From NCBI RefSeq assembly GCF_035084215.1, contig NW_027138407.1, positions 310,001 through 374,000 on the forward strand: a stretch of 64,000 bases of DNA, read 5' to 3'. Every line of letters starts with the position of its first letter. Positions within the stretch are counted from its first letter, which is position 1. The notes below the pieces were generated by a model, which saw only the letters and a program-made list of their open reading frames with translations, was not told the DNA's origin and made no database searches. Source of the DNA: Heptranchias perlo (lineage: Eukaryota). Shown here in pieces: positions 61,255-64,000 of the stretch. A program made the position numbers and the translations under genes.

Positions 61255-62735
61255 TCATGGAATCAACCAGGGAACAGGCTATTTTAGATCTGGTCTTGTG
61301 TAATGAGACAGGGTTAATTAGTAATCTCACAGTAAGGGATCCTCTGGGAAAGAGTGATCATAATATGATAGAATTTCATATTGAGTTTGAGAGTGATGTT
61401 GTTAAGTCCGAAATTAGAGTCTTAAACTTAAACAAAGCCAATTACAGAGGTATGAAGGGTGAGGTGGCTAAGGTAGATTGAGAAATTAGATTAAAAGATA
61501 TGACGGTAGATAAGCAATGGTGAACATTTAAAGAAATTGTTCATAATTCTCAACGAATATATGTTCCATTGAGGGATGAAAACTCCACAGGAAAACTGAT
61601 CCATCCCTGGCTAACTATATAAGTTAAGGATTGTATTAGATTAAAAGAAGAGGATTATAATGTTGCCAAGAAGAGGAGTGAGCCTGAGGATTGGGAGGGT
61701 TTTAGAAACCAGCAAAGGACGACCAAAAAATTGATAAAAAGGGAGAAAATAGAATCTGAGAGTAAACTAGCAAGAAATATTAAAACAGATTGTAAGAGCT
61801 TCTACAAGTATGTAAAAAGGAAGAGAGTAACAAAAGTAAACGTTGGTCCCTTAGAGGCTGAGACAGGAGAAATTATAATGGGGAATCAGGAAATGGCCGA
61901 GACGTTAAACAAATATTTTGATTCTGTCTTCACAGAAGAAGACACAAAAAAATACCAGAAATAGTGGGGAACCAAGGGGCTAATGAGAGTGAGGAACTTA
62001 AAGCAATTAATATCAGTAAAGAAAAAGTCCTGGAGAAATTAATGGGACTAAAAGCCGATAAATCCCCCGGACCTGATGGCCTACATCCGAGGGTTCTAAA
62101 AGAGGTGGCTGCAGAGATAGTGGATGCATTGGTTGTGATCTTCCAAAATTCCCTAGACTCCAGAACAGTCCCCGTGGATTGGAAGGTAGCAAATGTAACC
62201 CTGATATTCAAGAAAGGAGGGAGAGAGAAAACAGGGAACTACAGGCCAGTTAGCTTGACATCAGTCGTCGGGAAAATGCTAGAATCCATTATTAAGGAAG
62301 TGCTAACAGGGCACTTAGAAAATCATAACATGATCATGGTTTTACGAAAGGGAAATTGTGTTTGACAAATCTATTAGGATTTTTTGAGGCTGTAACTAGC
62401 AGGGTAGATAAAGGGGAACCAGTAGATGTAGTATATTTGGATTTTCAAAAGGCATTCGATAAAGTGCCACATAAAAGATAAGGGCTCATGGGACTGGGGG
62501 TAATATATTAGCGTGGATTGAGGATTGGTTAACGGACAGTAAGCAGAGAGTAGGGATAAACGGGTCATTCTCAGGTCGGCAGGCTGTAACTAATGGGGTG
62601 CCGCAAGGATCAGAGCTTGGGCCTCAGCTACTTACAATCTATATTAATGATTTAGATGAAGGGACCGAGTGTAATGTATCCAAGTTCGCTCACGATACAA
62701 AGCCAGGTGGGAAAGCAAGCTGTGAGGAGGAGACA
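61255..62735 (+). mobile_element. CR1 LINE ORF2 fragment (endonuclease end to RT FADDTK), degenerate
   Basis: AILDLVL..LGKSDH; KSPGPDGLHPRVLKE..NYRPVSLTSVVGK; PQGSELGPQL..KFAHDTK. Confidence 0.92.
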
Positions 62736-62737
62736 TT

Positions 62738-64000
62738 GGGCGCTAAGTTGGGCCGTGTAGCGCCCGTTGTTTCGGTGCCAGACGCCATCTTGGTATAGGA
62801 GCTAGCGCTAACCCTGAACGCTGGAAGCATGTAAAGTAGGGAGAAAATGGCTGCAATCAGTGTGCAACGCTGATTTAAAGTGACACACACAATTTTGGAC
62901 CTTAATGCTCAACTCAACGCACAGTTCTTATCCCCGACCATCTAAATGTTTCTAACAGTGCCTGAAGGACCCCCCCCTCACTGGCGCTATTTAATGGGCC
63001 ATGCAGGTGTTGCAGGTTAGTTGCTGGATTATTGCTTCTGGCTGCTGGAGGAGTAGGAAGTGTTTTTTGAAGCTCCCTATTCTTACTCGGAGTTCCTACA
63101 CTACTTTTGAGAGTGGTTTGGCAGGTATTGCCTTACAGGTCGGAAAGTTACAACCCTGGTGGAACAACATTCCTGGCAACCATGGGCGGTCTGCCAGGGC
63201 TCCCGCTGGGCATTGAGCACGACTGGGAGCATGCAGAGAGGCCACGCCTGGCGGGTCAAGCTGCGAGGAGAAGGAGGACGAGGAGGCGCAGGGCACCGAG
63301 GAGGAGGCCCTAGCCAATGAGGGCCTTCAGGGATCAATTCTCTTACCTCAACATGACCGAGGAGGATTGCATCCGACGCCTGAGGTTCACCAAGGAAGCC
63401 GTCACCGAGATCTGTCAACTGGTGCGGCCACAACTGCAGCCTCAGAGCAGGGCGAGGACAGCATTGCCTGTGGTTGTGAAGGTCACCGTGGTGCTGAATT
63501 TCTACGGCTCAGGATCATTTCAGGCCTCTGCTGGCGACATGTGCAACATCTCGCAGTATGCAGTGCACTGCTGCATAAGGGAGGTCACAGACACACTGTA
63601 CCACATGAGGAACAGGTTCATCACCGTTCCTCTCGACAGAGACAATCAGAACGAGCGAGCACGGGGGTTCGCCCACATTGCTGGCTTCCCCATGGTGCAG
63701 GGTCCCATGGACTGCACGCACATTGCCCTGCATGCCCCGCACATCAACTCGGCCGCCTTCGTCAACCGAAAGGGCTTCTACTCCCTCAACGTGCAGCTGG
63801 TGTGCGACCACATGCATTGAATCATGGAGGTCGATGCCCGCTACCCTGGGAGTAGTCACGATGCCTTCGTAATGCGGCAGTCCAACGTGCCAGCTATCTT
63901 TCACCCGACTCGGCAAGTCAAAGGCTGGCTACTGGGCGATAAGGGCTATCCCCTCACGCCGTGGCTCATGACACCAGTCAGGAACCCACGCACACGTGCA
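62738..64000 (+). mobile_element. PIF/Harbinger transposon 5' part with a pseudogenised HARBI1-like DDE transposase, truncated by the window edge
   Basis: [55 protein letters not shown]; in-frame stops at 63311 and 63818; begins where the CR1 RT breaks off. Confidence 0.9.

Noticed and set aside
63182-64000. Domesticated HARBI1 host gene
   Set aside because: In-frame stops and its position interrupting a CR1 indicate a decayed transposon copy

Overview
Repeat-dense vertebrate genomic DNA, most likely from a cartilaginous fish. That is an inference from the DeuSINE/SacSINE1-like SINEs, abundant CR1 LINEs and a germline-joined Ig light-chain-type gene. Two host genes lie on the minus strand. 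(1) The first six coding exons of importin-4 (IPO4), 21801 to 4998, with the gene continuing beyond the left edge. (2) A complete, apparently intact three-exon immunoglobulin light-chain-like gene: leader 45143-45098, a pre-joined VJ exon 43067-42714 with no RSS, and a C1 exon 40216-39873, giving 247 aa. It has an ATTTGCAT octamer and TATA promoter and an AATAAA signal. The ORF track does not show it as one gene. Between the two genes lie a ~10.8 kb, 30-bp-unit GC-rich array whose unit resembles a CTCF site, a deleted Harbinger transposon and two further tandem arrays. The rest is CR1, L2, Tx1-like and Penelope retroelement fragments, SINEs, a solo LTR, a second Harbinger element and many minisatellites. 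All very long ORFs are tandem-repeat artefacts. Exon coordinates were read base by base; TE and repeat boundaries are approximate. Family assignments come from recalled motifs, not database searches.
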